Part shown: in pieces, positions 17,914 to 28,979 of the stretch
Layout of the letters: every line of letters starts with the position of its first letter
Numbering within the stretch: position 1 is the stretch's first letter
DNA from: Candidatus Latescibacterota bacterium
GTDB taxonomy: Bacteria; Latescibacterota; UBA2968; UBA8231
NCBI GenBank assembly: GCA_964291625.2
Contig: OZ220089.1
Location: forward strand, 3,168,001 to 3,232,000
Direction: 5' to 3'
DNA: 64,000 nt
Notes under the pieces: generated by a model
Told to the model about the DNA's origin: nothing
The model's input: the letters and a program-made list of their open reading frames with translations, nothing else
Database searches by the model: none
Program-made: the position numbers and the translations under genes

Positions 17914-20274
17914 TCACGTCGACTCCCGCTGCCGGGTCGTCGAGGCGACCAGCCTGTCGACCTTGAGCACCTCGCCGGTATCGCGGTCGACCTGGCCGAA
18001 CTCCAGGACCCCGGTGGGGCAGGACTCGACGCAGGCCGAGCAGCGGACGCACTCGGGGTCGGCCATGGGCAGCCCCTTGTTGGCGAAGTTCATGATGTCG
18101 ATGCCCTGGTGGCAGACGGAGGTGCAGACGTTGCAGGAGATGCACTTCTTCTTGTCGGCCAGGATCCGGAAGCGGCTGAAGCGGGCGTACACGTGCATCA
18201 GCGCCGCCAGGGGGCAGGCGAAGCGGCACCAGACGCGGCCGCTGTACCAGAAGTAGGCGCCGTAGCCGACGACGCCGGCGAGCATCAGGTCGACGAGGTA
18301 GCTGTAGTTGAGGGGGACGCCGCCGAGGCTCCAGCCGTAGAGCAGCCCCTCGTGCACCTGCCGCAGGGCGGACCCCATGCCGCTCTCGGGCCAGACCCAG
18401 CCGACGACGCGGGTGGCCAGCAGCAGCAGGCAGATCGCCAGGATCGCCTGGCCGAGCATGTTCCAGCGGTTCCAGCGGGCCCCGTGCATCATCTTGTGCC
18501 GGTGGCCGTCGCCGAGGGTCTCGGCCAGGGCCCCGCAGGAGCAGATCCAGCCGCAGTAGGCGCCCTTGCCCCAGAAGTAGATGATCGCCGGGATGATGAC
18601 GAAGGTCTGCACGAGGCTGACCGCCAGCCACGCCGCCAGGGGCTGGTGGGTGAAGACGTTCCACACGAAGAGGGGCCAGGCGAGGACGAAGCCGAAGGCG
18701 CGCCAGTACTCGCGGCCGTGGTCGTAGGAGACCTCGGGGAAGAAGGCGTCGGCGAAGCTCTTGCCGAAGCCGGCGTCGAACCAGCCGGCGTTGCCCATCC
18801 AGGGCAGCACGAAGTAGGGAAGCAGGAACAGGGGCAGGACCTGGAAGAGGGCGAGACTGGCCGTCTGCCACTTCACGTACGGCGTCGGCCGCCGCCGCAC
18901 CCTCCGGTACCCGAAGACCACCACGAGGGCGCAGTAGGCGAGACTGTAGTGGAACCCGGGCTTGCCCAGGTTGAAGGCCATCAGCCCCCAGAGGCTGGCG
19001 GCGTGGGCGTCGGCGGCGGCCAGCAGGGACGGCACGTTGAAGGGGAACCAGCCGGCCTCCTTGAACCAGTTGGTCAGGGGGCCGCCGGCCTTCCAGTTGT
19101 AGAGGAACATGCAGAAGGCCATGAACAGGCCGAAGCCGGTCCACTCGCGCGGCCCCATCTCGCCGCGGATGCGCACTCCCGAGCGCCGGAAGAACTCCAG
19201 GGGCGCCTCGCGGCCGATCATGGTGAAGACGGCGTCGTTGCGCCGCTTCACCTCTTCGCCGCCGGCATCGGAGAGCGCCACCTCGTCCTCTCCGATGGCG
19301 AGGACCTTGGACGACATCATGAGATCGATCGATCCGGGGCGGCGCTCCTCCTCGAGGAAGGGGCCGCTCGAGGTGGTGACGCGTTCGGAGGTGGGCGTGT
19401 CCACCGAGACGTCCGCCATCGGATCGGCGGAGAGCGCCTCGAGGCGTTCCAGGTTCTCCGGCTTGGGCCGCGAGAACTCGGGCCGGCGATAGGAGAGGGT
19501 CACGCGGCCGCCGGCGGTGGCCACGGCGATGGCCGTCTCCATGGCGCTGTCGCCGCCGCCGACGACGAGCACGTCCTGGCCGGCGTAGTCCTTGGGATCG
19601 TGCAGCCGGTTGGAGACCTTGTCGAGGTCCTCGCCGGGGACGCCGAGCTGGCGGAAGTTCCCGGAGCGGCCGATGGCGACGACCACCCGGAGGGCCTGCA
19701 GGTCCTCGCCGTCGGGGATGACCACGGTGAAGCGGCCCTCCGACCGCTCGACCCGCTCCACCCGGGCCATGTGGGGCTCGATGCCGCGCTCCAGGGTCTG
19801 CTCCCGAAGCTCGGCCACCAGCGGCTCCTTGACCTCGGCCGCGAACTGCAGGTCCCCCGCCGGGGTCATCTCCCGGGGATAGGTGTAGATCGGCTTGCCC
19901 TTGGGGAAGTTGACGACCGTCGAGAAGGGCTCCGTGGCCTCGAGGATCCGGTACTTCAAGCCGGCCTCGCCCGCGGCCAGGGCCGCCGCCATCCCCGAGA
20001 CGCCGGCGCCGACGATGACCACGTCCAGCACTTCGTCGCGGCCGGAGCCCGCGCGCTGCCGCTGGAACTCCTCGTCGTCGACGATGTCGGCGACGGCCAG
20101 GGCGCCGCTGTGGGAGGAGAACTTCAGCAGCGGGATGCCGGTCAGGTCGCCGACGATGTAGAGGCCGGGGACGTTGCTGCGGTAGCGGGCGTCGACCTCC
20201 GGCAGCTTCTCCACCGTGCCGGCGGGCCAGCGCTCGTGGAGCCAGCGCGCGTAGCGGTGGATCAGCGATGCCAT
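17914..20274 (-). CDS. FAD/NAD(P)-dependent oxidoreductase (TrxB-like) fused to a membrane 4Fe-4S-binding domain
   Basis: VIVGAGVSG, VVGGGDSAME, SYRR; TM helices; YCGWICSCG, WCRFACP, CISCNVCTSVC, CVRCSACVESCP. Confidence 0.88.
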   Translation of the reverse strand: MASLIHRYARWLHERWPAGTVEKLPEVDARYRSNVPGLYIVGDLTGIPLLKFSSHSGALAVADIVDDEEFQRQRAGSGRDEVLDVVIVGAGVSGMAAALAAGEAGLKYRILEATEPFSTVVNFPKGKPIYTYPREMTPAGDLQFAAEVKEPLVAELREQTLERGIEPHMARVERVERSEGRFTVVIPDGEDLQALRVVVAIGRSGNFRQLGVPGEDLDKVSNRLHDPKDYAGQDVLVVGGGDSAMETAIAVATAGGRVTLSYRRPEFSRPKPENLERLEALSADPMADVSVDTPTSERVTTSSGPFLEEERRPGSIDLMMSSKVLAIGEDEVALSDAGGEEVKRRNDAVFTMIGREAPLEFFRRSGVRIRGEMGPREWTGFGLFMAFCMFLYNWKAGGPLTNWFKEAGWFPFNVPSLLAAADAHAASLWGLMAFNLGKPGFHYSLAYCALVVVFGYRRVRRRPTPYVKWQTASLALFQVLPLFLLPYFVLPWMGNAGWFDAGFGKSFADAFFPEVSYDHGREYWRAFGFVLAWPLFVWNVFTHQPLAAWLAVSLVQTFVIIPAIIYFWGKGAYCGWICSCGALAETLGDGHRHKMMHGARWNRWNMLGQAILAICLLLLATRVVGWVWPESGMGSALRQVHEGLLYGWSLGGVPLNYSYLVDLMLAGVVGYGAYFWYSGRVWCRFACPLAALMHVYARFSRFRILADKKKCISCNVCTSVCHQGIDIMNFANKGLPMADPECVRCSACVESCPTGVLEFGQVDRDTGEVLKVDRLVASTTRQREST

Positions 20275-20287
20275 GCCGGGCGCCGGC

Positions 20288-21736
20288 TCACCGGGCAAGC
20301 GTCATCGTCCGCTGCCGGGACAGGTCCCGGGCGGGCATCTCCAGGCGGTAGTGGTAGACGCCGCTGGCCACGGCGCGGCCGGACTCGTCGGTGGCGTCCC
20401 AGTCGACCACGTAGCGGCCGGCGCGCTGCCGGCCGTCGGCCAGGGTCCGAACCCGCTGGCCGAAGGCGTTGTAGATGGTGAGGGAAACCTCGCCGTCGGC
20501 CGGCAGGGCGAAGCGGATGCGGGTCTCCGGGTTGAAGGGGTTGGGGTAGTTCTGACCCAGGTCGAAGTCCCGGGGGACGGACTCGCCCTCGGGTTCCAGC
20601 ACCGCCGTGTCCTCCGGCTCGTCGATGATCCCCCCCCCGCCCCAGACCGTGCTCTCCGGCCAGTAGGTGCTCCAGGCGAACCACATGGAGTAGTAGGCCG
20701 GCAGCTGGGTGAGCTGCTCGCCCTGGAGCGGTCCCTCGAGGGCGCGGCCCAGGAGGTCCCAGGTCGTGCCCGTCTCCACGTCGCGGAACTCCGGCAACGG
20801 GCCGGTGGCGTCTGCCTGGTAGAAGGTGAGGGTTCGTCCGTCGATCTCACGGCTGTAGGGAAGGGCGGTCTGGGAGTCCTCGTGGAAGACCACCAGCAGG
20901 GGCTCGCCGCCGAGCTCGTCGTTGACCACCGCCTCGGGCCCCATGTCCCCGAAGCCGTAGGCCCGCAGCTCGTCGCCCAGGCAGATGCCCAGGAACATCT
21001 CCTTTGGCTGGTACACGGAGAGGTCGGGGTTGTTGGTGGTCCAGTAGAAGAAGATGCGGTTGTGGTTGGTGCGGTAGTCGCCGTACGGATAGCTGTGGAA
21101 GAGGTCGGCATTGGCGTAGTAGCTCTGCTTGCCCGCGGAGTAGCGGTCGAGGCCGGTGCCGAAGAGGGCCACCTCGCTGTCGGGGTACATCCGTTTCCAC
21201 ATCTCGAAGGTCGTCACGATGGCGGGCAGCAACTCCAGCTGCTCGCCCTTGTAGTCGCCGTTGATGCCGGTGTAGATCATCTGCGGGTAGAGCGTGGTGT
21301 CGTCCCGGCGGTCGTACATGACCAGGTTGGAGTTGATCAGCAGACCCGAGACGCCGAACTCGATCTGGCTGCCGTCCTCGGCGGTGGCGTCGAAGACCTG
21401 GGGCGTCCCGGTGAGGGGGCACAAGGTCACGGAGACGTATCCGCCGCCGATCCGGTCGTTGATGATCTCGTGCCACCAGCCCAGGTTCTCGGGATAGGCT
21501 TTCACCTCGCCGCCGCGGACGACGCCGATGACCAGGTCCGTGTCGCGGACATACACGATCTGCGACGCCGGCGCGAAGTCCGGGTTGGTGACCGCGGGGA
21601 TGCCGTCGATGGGTGGGCCGCCGGAACGCAGGTGCCCGGTCAGCTGGTCCAGGTTTTCGAAGGGGAAGGGGGCGCCGGCCCAGGCGGGCGCGGCGGCGAG
21701 CCAGCAGAGGATGGCGCAGCGGGTCAGGGTCTTCAT
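20288..21736 (-). CDS. exported DUF3179-domain protein with C-terminal FlgD-Ig/T9SS-type sorting domain
   Basis: Signal peptide; SGGPPIDGIPAV, KAYP..WHEIIND, CPLTG, FGVSGLL..SNLVMYDR, WFAW; LGQNYPNPFNPET...WDATDESG..ASGVY. Confidence 0.87.
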   Translation of the reverse strand: MKTLTRCAILCWLAAAPAWAGAPFPFENLDQLTGHLRSGGPPIDGIPAVTNPDFAPASQIVYVRDTDLVIGVVRGGEVKAYPENLGWWHEIINDRIGGGYVSVTLCPLTGTPQVFDATAEDGSQIEFGVSGLLINSNLVMYDRRDDTTLYPQMIYTGINGDYKGEQLELLPAIVTTFEMWKRMYPDSEVALFGTGLDRYSAGKQSYYANADLFHSYPYGDYRTNHNRIFFYWTTNNPDLSVYQPKEMFLGICLGDELRAYGFGDMGPEAVVNDELGGEPLLVVFHEDSQTALPYSREIDGRTLTFYQADATGPLPEFRDVETGTTWDLLGRALEGPLQGEQLTQLPAYYSMWFAWSTYWPESTVWGGGGIIDEPEDTAVLEPEGESVPRDFDLGQNYPNPFNPETRIRFALPADGEVSLTIYNAFGQRVRTLADGRQRAGRYVVDWDATDESGRAVASGVYHYRLEMPARDLSRQRTMTLAR

Positions 21737-21801
21737 GGGGCATCCGCTCCGTTCAAGGTTCGGACAAGGTAGGCAGAACCCGGGGGGGCCGCAGCCCGGG
21801 C

Positions 21802-24146
21802 TCAGTCGCCTATGGCCACCGCGATCGAGCCGACCACTTCCACCGGCAGCAGGCAGACCGCGTCGTCGCAGGCCTGGTAGCGGACGGAGGCGCGCAGGGC
21901 GCCGTTGGCCGCCGGTGCGTCCTCTTGGGCCGCAAGCCTCGACACCACCTCCACCCGGCCTTGCCAGACCTCCAGGGTGTCGGCCATGGAGGGGAAGGGC
22001 AGCGCCCGGGAGGGCGGGTACTCGACGTCGACCTGGCGCAGGGCCAGGGGGCCCGGGTTCACCGTGACCGTGGTCGGCACGAGACCGGCCGCGGCCGGGT
22101 TGGCGTTGACGTGCCAGCCCTCGGCGATTTCGAGACGTACGGTGAGACGGGCCGGTTCCCCGGGGGCCAGCCGCGGGGGATCGAGTGCGAAAGCCACCTT
22201 GACGATGGAATCCGCCGGCGCCGGCCTCTGTGAGGAGTCCGGGAGCGGGGCGGCGGATACCTCCGCGAGCGAGGGGTCCGCCGCCGTGAGTCGCAGCCAG
22301 GCCCGTATGGCCGTGATCATGTGCGCATGTCCCCCCGGCGCCGAGGCGACGCTGCCGCCGAAGGCCCGCATGCACTCCACCGCCACCTCCGTGTAGCGCT
22401 CCTCCCGGGTCGTCTCCCCCAGCTCCAGGAGCACCCGCGCGGCCACCGCGTTGGCCGACGGCAGGGCGCCGTCATAGGCAACCTTGCTGCGGGCGATCAG
22501 GTCCCGCCCGCCCGTGGTGAAGTAGAACCCGCCGCCGCCGTCGGCGTCGCGGAAGCGCGCGATCATGGCGTCGGCCACCGACCGCGCTTCGGCCAGCCAC
22601 CGCGGCCGTCCGCCGGCCCGGTGCAGGGCCAGCAGGCCGTCGGCGAGGTGGGCATAGTCCTCCAGGTATCCGTCGTAGCGGGAAGCGCCGGCGCGGTGCA
22701 CGCGGTACAACCCGCCGCCCTCGCGCAGGTGCTCCAGCACGAACCGAGCCGCCGCTTCGGCCTCGGCGATGGCGGCCTCGTCGCCGAGGATCGCTCCCGC
22801 CTCGGCGGCGGCGGCGATCATCATGCCGTTCCAGGCGGTGATCACCTTGTCGTCCAGCAGCGGATAGGCGCGCGACGGCCGGGCCTGGTGCAGGCGCCGG
22901 AGCGAGGCCTCCAGCGAGCTGCGCAAGGCTGTCTCCCCGACGCCGAGGGAGTCCGCCGCCGAATCGATGCCCGTCCGCTGGAACAGGGCGCCGCCCTCTC
23001 CTTCCGGCACCGGGGCCAGCCCGTACGCCGCCAGCAGGGTATCGGCCGCCGCGGACCCCAGGGCCTCGCGGACCCCCTCCTCCGTCCACGTGTAGTACTT
23101 GCCCTCCACGTGCTCGGACTCGGCGTCCAGGGCCGAGTAGTAGGCCCCGTCCTCCGAGGTCATCTCGCGGCGGACGTAGCGCAGGATCCCCTCGGACACC
23201 CGTCGCCAGCGCTCGTCCCCGGTGGACCGGTAGGCGCGGGCGTAGAGACGCAGCATCTGGGCCTGGTTGTAGAGCATCTTCTCGAAGTGGGGCACGCGCC
23301 AGCCGGCGTCGGTGGCGTAGCGGTGGAACCCGCCTCCCACGTGGTCGTGGATCCCGCCCCGGGCCATCGCCTCCAGGGAGTGGCCGAGGATGCGCCCCGC
23401 CTCCTCGTCCCCCTCCTCGGCGTGGACCTGCCGCAGCAGCTCCAGGCGCATGGTGGGCGGAAACTTGGGGGCCCCGCCGAAGCCGCCGTTCTCGCTGTCG
23501 TAGAGGGCCTTGAGCCGATCCACGGCCACCGCCGCCACGCCGGCCCCGGGCTCGCGCGGTTCCCCCGCCATCGCCTGGGCCTGGCGGATGCGCTCGGTCA
23601 CTCTCGAGGCCACCTGCTCCACCTCCGGCCGGCGTTCGGCCCAGGCGGTGCGCAGCTCCTCCAGGACCCGCGGGAAGCCGGGCCGCCCGGGGAGGTCCCG
23701 CGGCGGGAAGTAGGTGCCGGCGAAGAACGGCTCCAGCGCGGGGGTGAGGAAGACCGAGTTGGGCCAGCCTCCGTGCCGGGCCAGGATCTGCGTCGCCGTC
23801 ATGTAGATCGCGTCCAGGTCGGGGCGCTCCTCGCGGTCGATCTTGATGTTGACGAACCCCTCGTTCATCTGCGCCGCGATCTCCGGGTCGGAGAACACCT
23901 CGCGCTCCATGACGTGGCACCAGTAGCAGGTGGAGTAGCCCACGGAGAGGAAGATCGGCCGGTCCTCCCGGCGGGCGAGGGCCAGCGCCTCCGGACCCCA
24001 GGGGTACCAGTCGACGGGGTTGCCGGCGTGCAGCAGCAGGTAGGGGCTGGTCTCGGCGGCCAGCCGGTTGGAGGGGGCGGTCGAGGGCCCGGAAGAGCCC
24101 TCGCAGGCGGTGGCGAAAGCGGCCGCGAGAAGCGCCGCCCGGGCGG

Positions 24147-24150
<4 letters not shown>
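21802..24150 (-). CDS. YyaL/DUF255 (SPATA20-like) thioredoxin-domain lipoprotein with C-terminal DsbD-N-like domain
   Basis: [48 protein letters not shown]; [16 protein letters not shown]; lipobox-like ATAC; GTGA overlap. Confidence 0.9.
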
Positions 24151-25202
<1,052 letters not shown>

Positions 25203-25301
25203 GTCCGGTGTTGGCTCCCTCGGCCGGTCCTTTCTTATCCTCTCACGCCGCCGGGCCCCCGACGGCCCGAAAAACCTAACCGAGCCGGAGAAGATTGTCG
25301 A

Positions 25302-26936
25302 ATGGCCTTTCCCTCCCATGGACTCGCCCACCGCTCCACGGTAACCGGACGCCGCGGTCTCGTGGCCGCGGCCCATCCACTGGCCTCCCTGGCGGGGGTC
25401 CGCATCCTGCTGGAAGGGGGCAACGCCATCGACGCGGCCGTGGCCACCGCCGCCGCCCTCAACGTGGTCGAGCCGTACATGTCGGGCATCGGCGGCGTCG
25501 GCTACATGCACATCTACTCGGCCCGCGAAGGCGAGCACAAGGTCTGCGACTACGTGGGCCTGACGCCGGCCGCCGCCGACCTCTCCCTCTACACCGAGCG
25601 CGGCCAGCAGTCACTCGGGCCCATGTCTCCTCTCGTCCCCGGCGCCTGCGCCGGCTGGATGGAGGCCCTGCGTCGTTACGGTTCCATGGACGCCGCCGCC
25701 GTCTTCGCTCCCGCCATCGAGCTGGCCGAGGGCGGCTTCCCGCTCACCGTCAAGAACGACTGGTTCTTCGAATCGTGCGCCGCGGGGCTGCGGCAGTTCC
25801 CGGAGTCGTCGAGGACCTACCTCGTGGACGGACGCAGCCCCGGTCCGGGGGGGGTCCTCGTGCAGCGGGACCTGGCGCAGACCTTCCGCACCGTCGCGGC
25901 GGAGGGCCCCGACGTCTTCTACGGCGGCGCCATCGGCGACGCCATCGCCGCCCACATGGCCGAGAGCGGAGGCCTGCTCACCCGGGAAGACCTGGCCGCC
26001 AACCAGCCAGCCTGGCTCGATCCCGTCGGCGTCGGCTACCGCGGCTGGACGATCTACGCGCCGCCGCCGCCCTGCCAGGCCGTGCAGTACCTGGAAACCC
26101 TCAAGATCCTCGAGGGTTTCGACATCGGCGCCATGGGCCACAACACGGCGGAGACGCTGCACACCTTCATCGAGGCGGTGAAGCTGGCCTGCACCGACCG
26201 CATCCACTACACCGCCATCGACGACCCGCCCACCGCGGGCCTGCTGTCCGAGGGCTACGCCGCCGGGCGGCGGCGCCTGATCGGCGCCGAAGCGGCCGTC
26301 CACGTGGGCGACACCTTCCAGCCCGACCCCCAGGAAGGCGAGGTCGGCGCCGGCGATCCGAGAGCGTGGATCAAGACGGAGTGCACCACCCACTTCGACA
26401 CGATCGACGCCGACGGCAACGCCGTGGCCTGCACCCAGAGCCTGGGCTCCGGCTTCGGGTCGGCCATGGTCGTGCCGGGCACGGGGGTGACGCTGAACAA
26501 CTTCATGAACTGGTTCGACGGCGTCGAAGGCAGCCCCAACGCCATCGGGCCGTCGAAGAAGAACGAGATGTGCGTCTCCCCGGCCCAGGTGTGGGACGCG
26601 GACGGCCTGCGCCTGCTCATCGGCACGCCGGGGTCGTACGGCATCCTGCAGACGACGCCGCAGATGATCATGAACGTCCTCGACCACGGCATGAACGTGC
26701 AGGCCGCCATCGAGGCGCCGCGCCTCAAGGCGACACGGACGCGCCGGGTCGAAGCCGAGTCGCGGGTCCCCGCGGAGGTGCTCGCCGAGCTGGAGCGCCG
26801 CGGCCACGAGATCCACCACCTCGGGGACTGGTCCCCCGGCGTCGGCGGCGGCCAGGGCATCCACGTCGATCCCGATTCCGGCGCCTTCATGGGGGGCGCC
26901 GACCCGCGCCGGGACGGCTACGCCCTCGGCTGCTGA
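25302..26936 (+). CDS. ggt: gamma-glutamyltransferase family protein
   Basis: GGNAIDAAVA, EPYMSGIGG, CTTHF (Thr nucleophile), SGFGS, LNN, GTPG, GGADPRRDG. Confidence 0.93.
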   Translation: MAFPSHGLAHRSTVTGRRGLVAAAHPLASLAGVRILLEGGNAIDAAVATAAALNVVEPYMSGIGGVGYMHIYSAREGEHKVCDYVGLTPAAADLSLYTERGQQSLGPMSPLVPGACAGWMEALRRYGSMDAAAVFAPAIELAEGGFPLTVKNDWFFESCAAGLRQFPESSRTYLVDGRSPGPGGVLVQRDLAQTFRTVAAEGPDVFYGGAIGDAIAAHMAESGGLLTREDLAANQPAWLDPVGVGYRGWTIYAPPPPCQAVQYLETLKILEGFDIGAMGHNTAETLHTFIEAVKLACTDRIHYTAIDDPPTAGLLSEGYAAGRRRLIGAEAAVHVGDTFQPDPQEGEVGAGDPRAWIKTECTTHFDTIDADGNAVACTQSLGSGFGSAMVVPGTGVTLNNFMNWFDGVEGSPNAIGPSKKNEMCVSPAQVWDADGLRLLIGTPGSYGILQTTPQMIMNVLDHGMNVQAAIEAPRLKATRTRRVEAESRVPAEVLAELERRGHEIHHLGDWSPGVGGGQGIHVDPDSGAFMGGADPRRDGYALGC

Positions 26937-27814
26937 TGGCGGGGTTCCACGTCGAGGCGGGCGGCGGCGCCGTCGACGTCTGGTGTGAGGACTGTGTCGC
27001 CAACATGGGCCGCCGCCTCGGCGCCGGCGGCGTCGACGTGGTGGTCACCTCCCCGCCGTACAACCTGGGCATCCGCTACAGCGGCTACGACGACTCCGGT
27101 TCGCGCCGGAAGTACCTGCGGTGGATGGGAGAGTGGGGCGCCGCCGTTCGCGAGGTCCTGAGCGACTCGGGCTCCCTCTTCCTCAACATCGGCGGCAAGC
27201 CCTCCGACCCCTGGGGCCCCTTCGAGGTCCTCCTGGAGCTGCGCCGGCACTTCGAGCTGCAGAACGTCTTCCACTGGGTCAAGTCGATCGCCATCGAGAA
27301 GGAGGACGTGGGCCGCTACCCCGGGATCGCGGGCAACGTGTCGGTGGGTCACTACAAGCCGATCAACAGCGGCCGCTACGTGAACGACTGCCACGAGTAC
27401 ATCTTCCACCTCACCAAGACCGGCGACGTGCCCCTCGACCGGCTGGCCGTCGGCGTCGAGTACCAGGACAAGTCGAACGTGGCGCGCTGGAACAGCGTCG
27501 ACGGCGACAGGCGCTGCCGCGGCAACACCTGGTTCGTCCCCTACCGCACGATCCGCAGCCGCCGTGACCAGCGGCCGCACCCGGCCGCCTTCCCGGTGAA
27601 GATCCCGCGCATGTGCGTGCGCCTCCACGGCCTCGAGCGGGTGCGCCGGGTCCTGGACCCCTTCCTCGGCATCGGCGCCTCGGCCGTGGCCTGCGTCGAG
27701 CTGGGCGTCGACTTCGCCGGCTTCGAGACCGATCCCGAGTACTGCCGGCATTCGCGCCGGGCCGTGGAGAAAGCGGCCGACATCGCCAGGCCGGGCGCGC
27801 CGGTACCGGGATGA
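26936..27814 (+). CDS. site-specific DNA methyltransferase (N4-C/N6-A, beta-class order), orphan
   Basis: VTSPPYN (motif IV) precedes HPAAFP and VLDPFLGIG (motif I); ATG overlaps ggt stop (TGATG). Confidence 0.9.
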   Translation: MAGFHVEAGGGAVDVWCEDCVANMGRRLGAGGVDVVVTSPPYNLGIRYSGYDDSGSRRKYLRWMGEWGAAVREVLSDSGSLFLNIGGKPSDPWGPFEVLLELRRHFELQNVFHWVKSIAIEKEDVGRYPGIAGNVSVGHYKPINSGRYVNDCHEYIFHLTKTGDVPLDRLAVGVEYQDKSNVARWNSVDGDRRCRGNTWFVPYRTIRSRRDQRPHPAAFPVKIPRMCVRLHGLERVRRVLDPFLGIGASAVACVELGVDFAGFETDPEYCRHSRRAVEKAADIARPGAPVPG

Positions 27815-28938
27815 GCGGATCGGAGAGCGTGCTGCTCGTGGGGGGCTTCGCCCCCGGACAGTCCCTGTGGAGCATCCAGCAGGGGTTCGAGGCCGCCGGC
27901 CTGCGGGTGGTCCACGCCCCCAGCCGGGGCTGCATCGAGGCCCACCGGGAGCGGGACATCCTGCTCGCCGCGGAGGAGGCGGACCGCATCCCGGCGCCGG
28001 AGCGCTGGGACCTGCGCTACGCCGACGGCGGCGCCTTCGAGGAGGGGCTGGCCGGCCTGGTCCGGGAGCACCGCCCGGAGCTGCTGCTGTGGTGGTTCAG
28101 CAAGGACGACTGCCCCCCGGGCCTGATCGCCTCCCTGCGGCGGCGGTTCCCGTGGCTGAAGACGGTGACCCACACCCAGGACGACCCCTGGGACGCGCTC
28201 CGCCATCCCGAGTACTCCCGCGAGTTCGAGTTCGTCGTCACCTGCTGCAAGGAGAGCGTCGAGGTCTACGGCGAGAGGGGGATCCGGGCGATCGTCCTCT
28301 ACCCGCCGCCGGCCCGCCAGCTCCACGGCGTGGCCGAGCCCGCCCCCCACGAGGAGTGCGACTTCTCGGTCACCATCCTCTCCATCTACGCCCGCGGCGA
28401 CAGCGACGGGCAGGCCTACCTGACCTCGCCCGATCCGGTCGAGCGCATCACCCATCCCATCGGCTTCCCCGAGCAGCGGGTCCTGCGCCAGGACGTGGTC
28501 GACACCGTGGCCGCCCTGGGCCGCACCCACGTCTACGGCGGCCTCGGCTTCGGCACCTTCGCCGGCATCCCCCGGTCCTGCTACCGCGGGTTCCGCACCT
28601 ACCGCGAGCTGCCCGGGGTCTACCGGGCGGCGAAGATCAACGTCAACCAGCACAACTCGCCCCGCTCCCGCGGCTACCTGAACCAGCGCGACACGGCGAT
28701 CACCGGCTCGGGCGGCTTCATGCTCACCGACTACGTGGAGGGGATGGAGGAGGAGTTCGACATCGGCCGCGAGATCGACACGTGGGAGACGGTGGAGGAG
28801 CTGCGCGACAAGGCCGCCTGGTGGCTGCGCCACGACGACCAGCGCGAGGCGGCGGGCCGGGCGGCGCAACGGCGGGTCCTCGGCCGCTACGGCAACGACG
28901 CCTACGTGCGGCGGTTGCTGGAGTTCGTCCGGAGTTGA
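27811..28938 (+). CDS. CgeB-family (Glyco_trans_1_2) glycosyltransferase-like protein
   Basis: DDPW, YRAAKINVN, LNQR..GGFMLTD, EELRDK..WL..REAAGRAAQRRV; ATGA overlap. Confidence 0.78.
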   Translation: MSGSESVLLVGGFAPGQSLWSIQQGFEAAGLRVVHAPSRGCIEAHRERDILLAAEEADRIPAPERWDLRYADGGAFEEGLAGLVREHRPELLLWWFSKDDCPPGLIASLRRRFPWLKTVTHTQDDPWDALRHPEYSREFEFVVTCCKESVEVYGERGIRAIVLYPPPARQLHGVAEPAPHEECDFSVTILSIYARGDSDGQAYLTSPDPVERITHPIGFPEQRVLRQDVVDTVAALGRTHVYGGLGFGTFAGIPRSCYRGFRTYRELPGVYRAAKINVNQHNSPRSRGYLNQRDTAITGSGGFMLTDYVEGMEEEFDIGREIDTWETVEELRDKAAWWLRHDDQREAAGRAAQRRVLGRYGNDAYVRRLLEFVRS

Positions 28939-28979
28939 GCGGCCTCGGGAGGGCCGCCCGGATCAGTCCCGCCGGGGTC

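Noticed and set aside
21400-21430. Selenocysteine in DUF3179
   Set aside because: Codon is TGC (Cys) in CPLT; no in-frame TGA
26936-27814. Restriction-modification system
   Set aside because: No endonuclease gene adjacent to the methyltransferase
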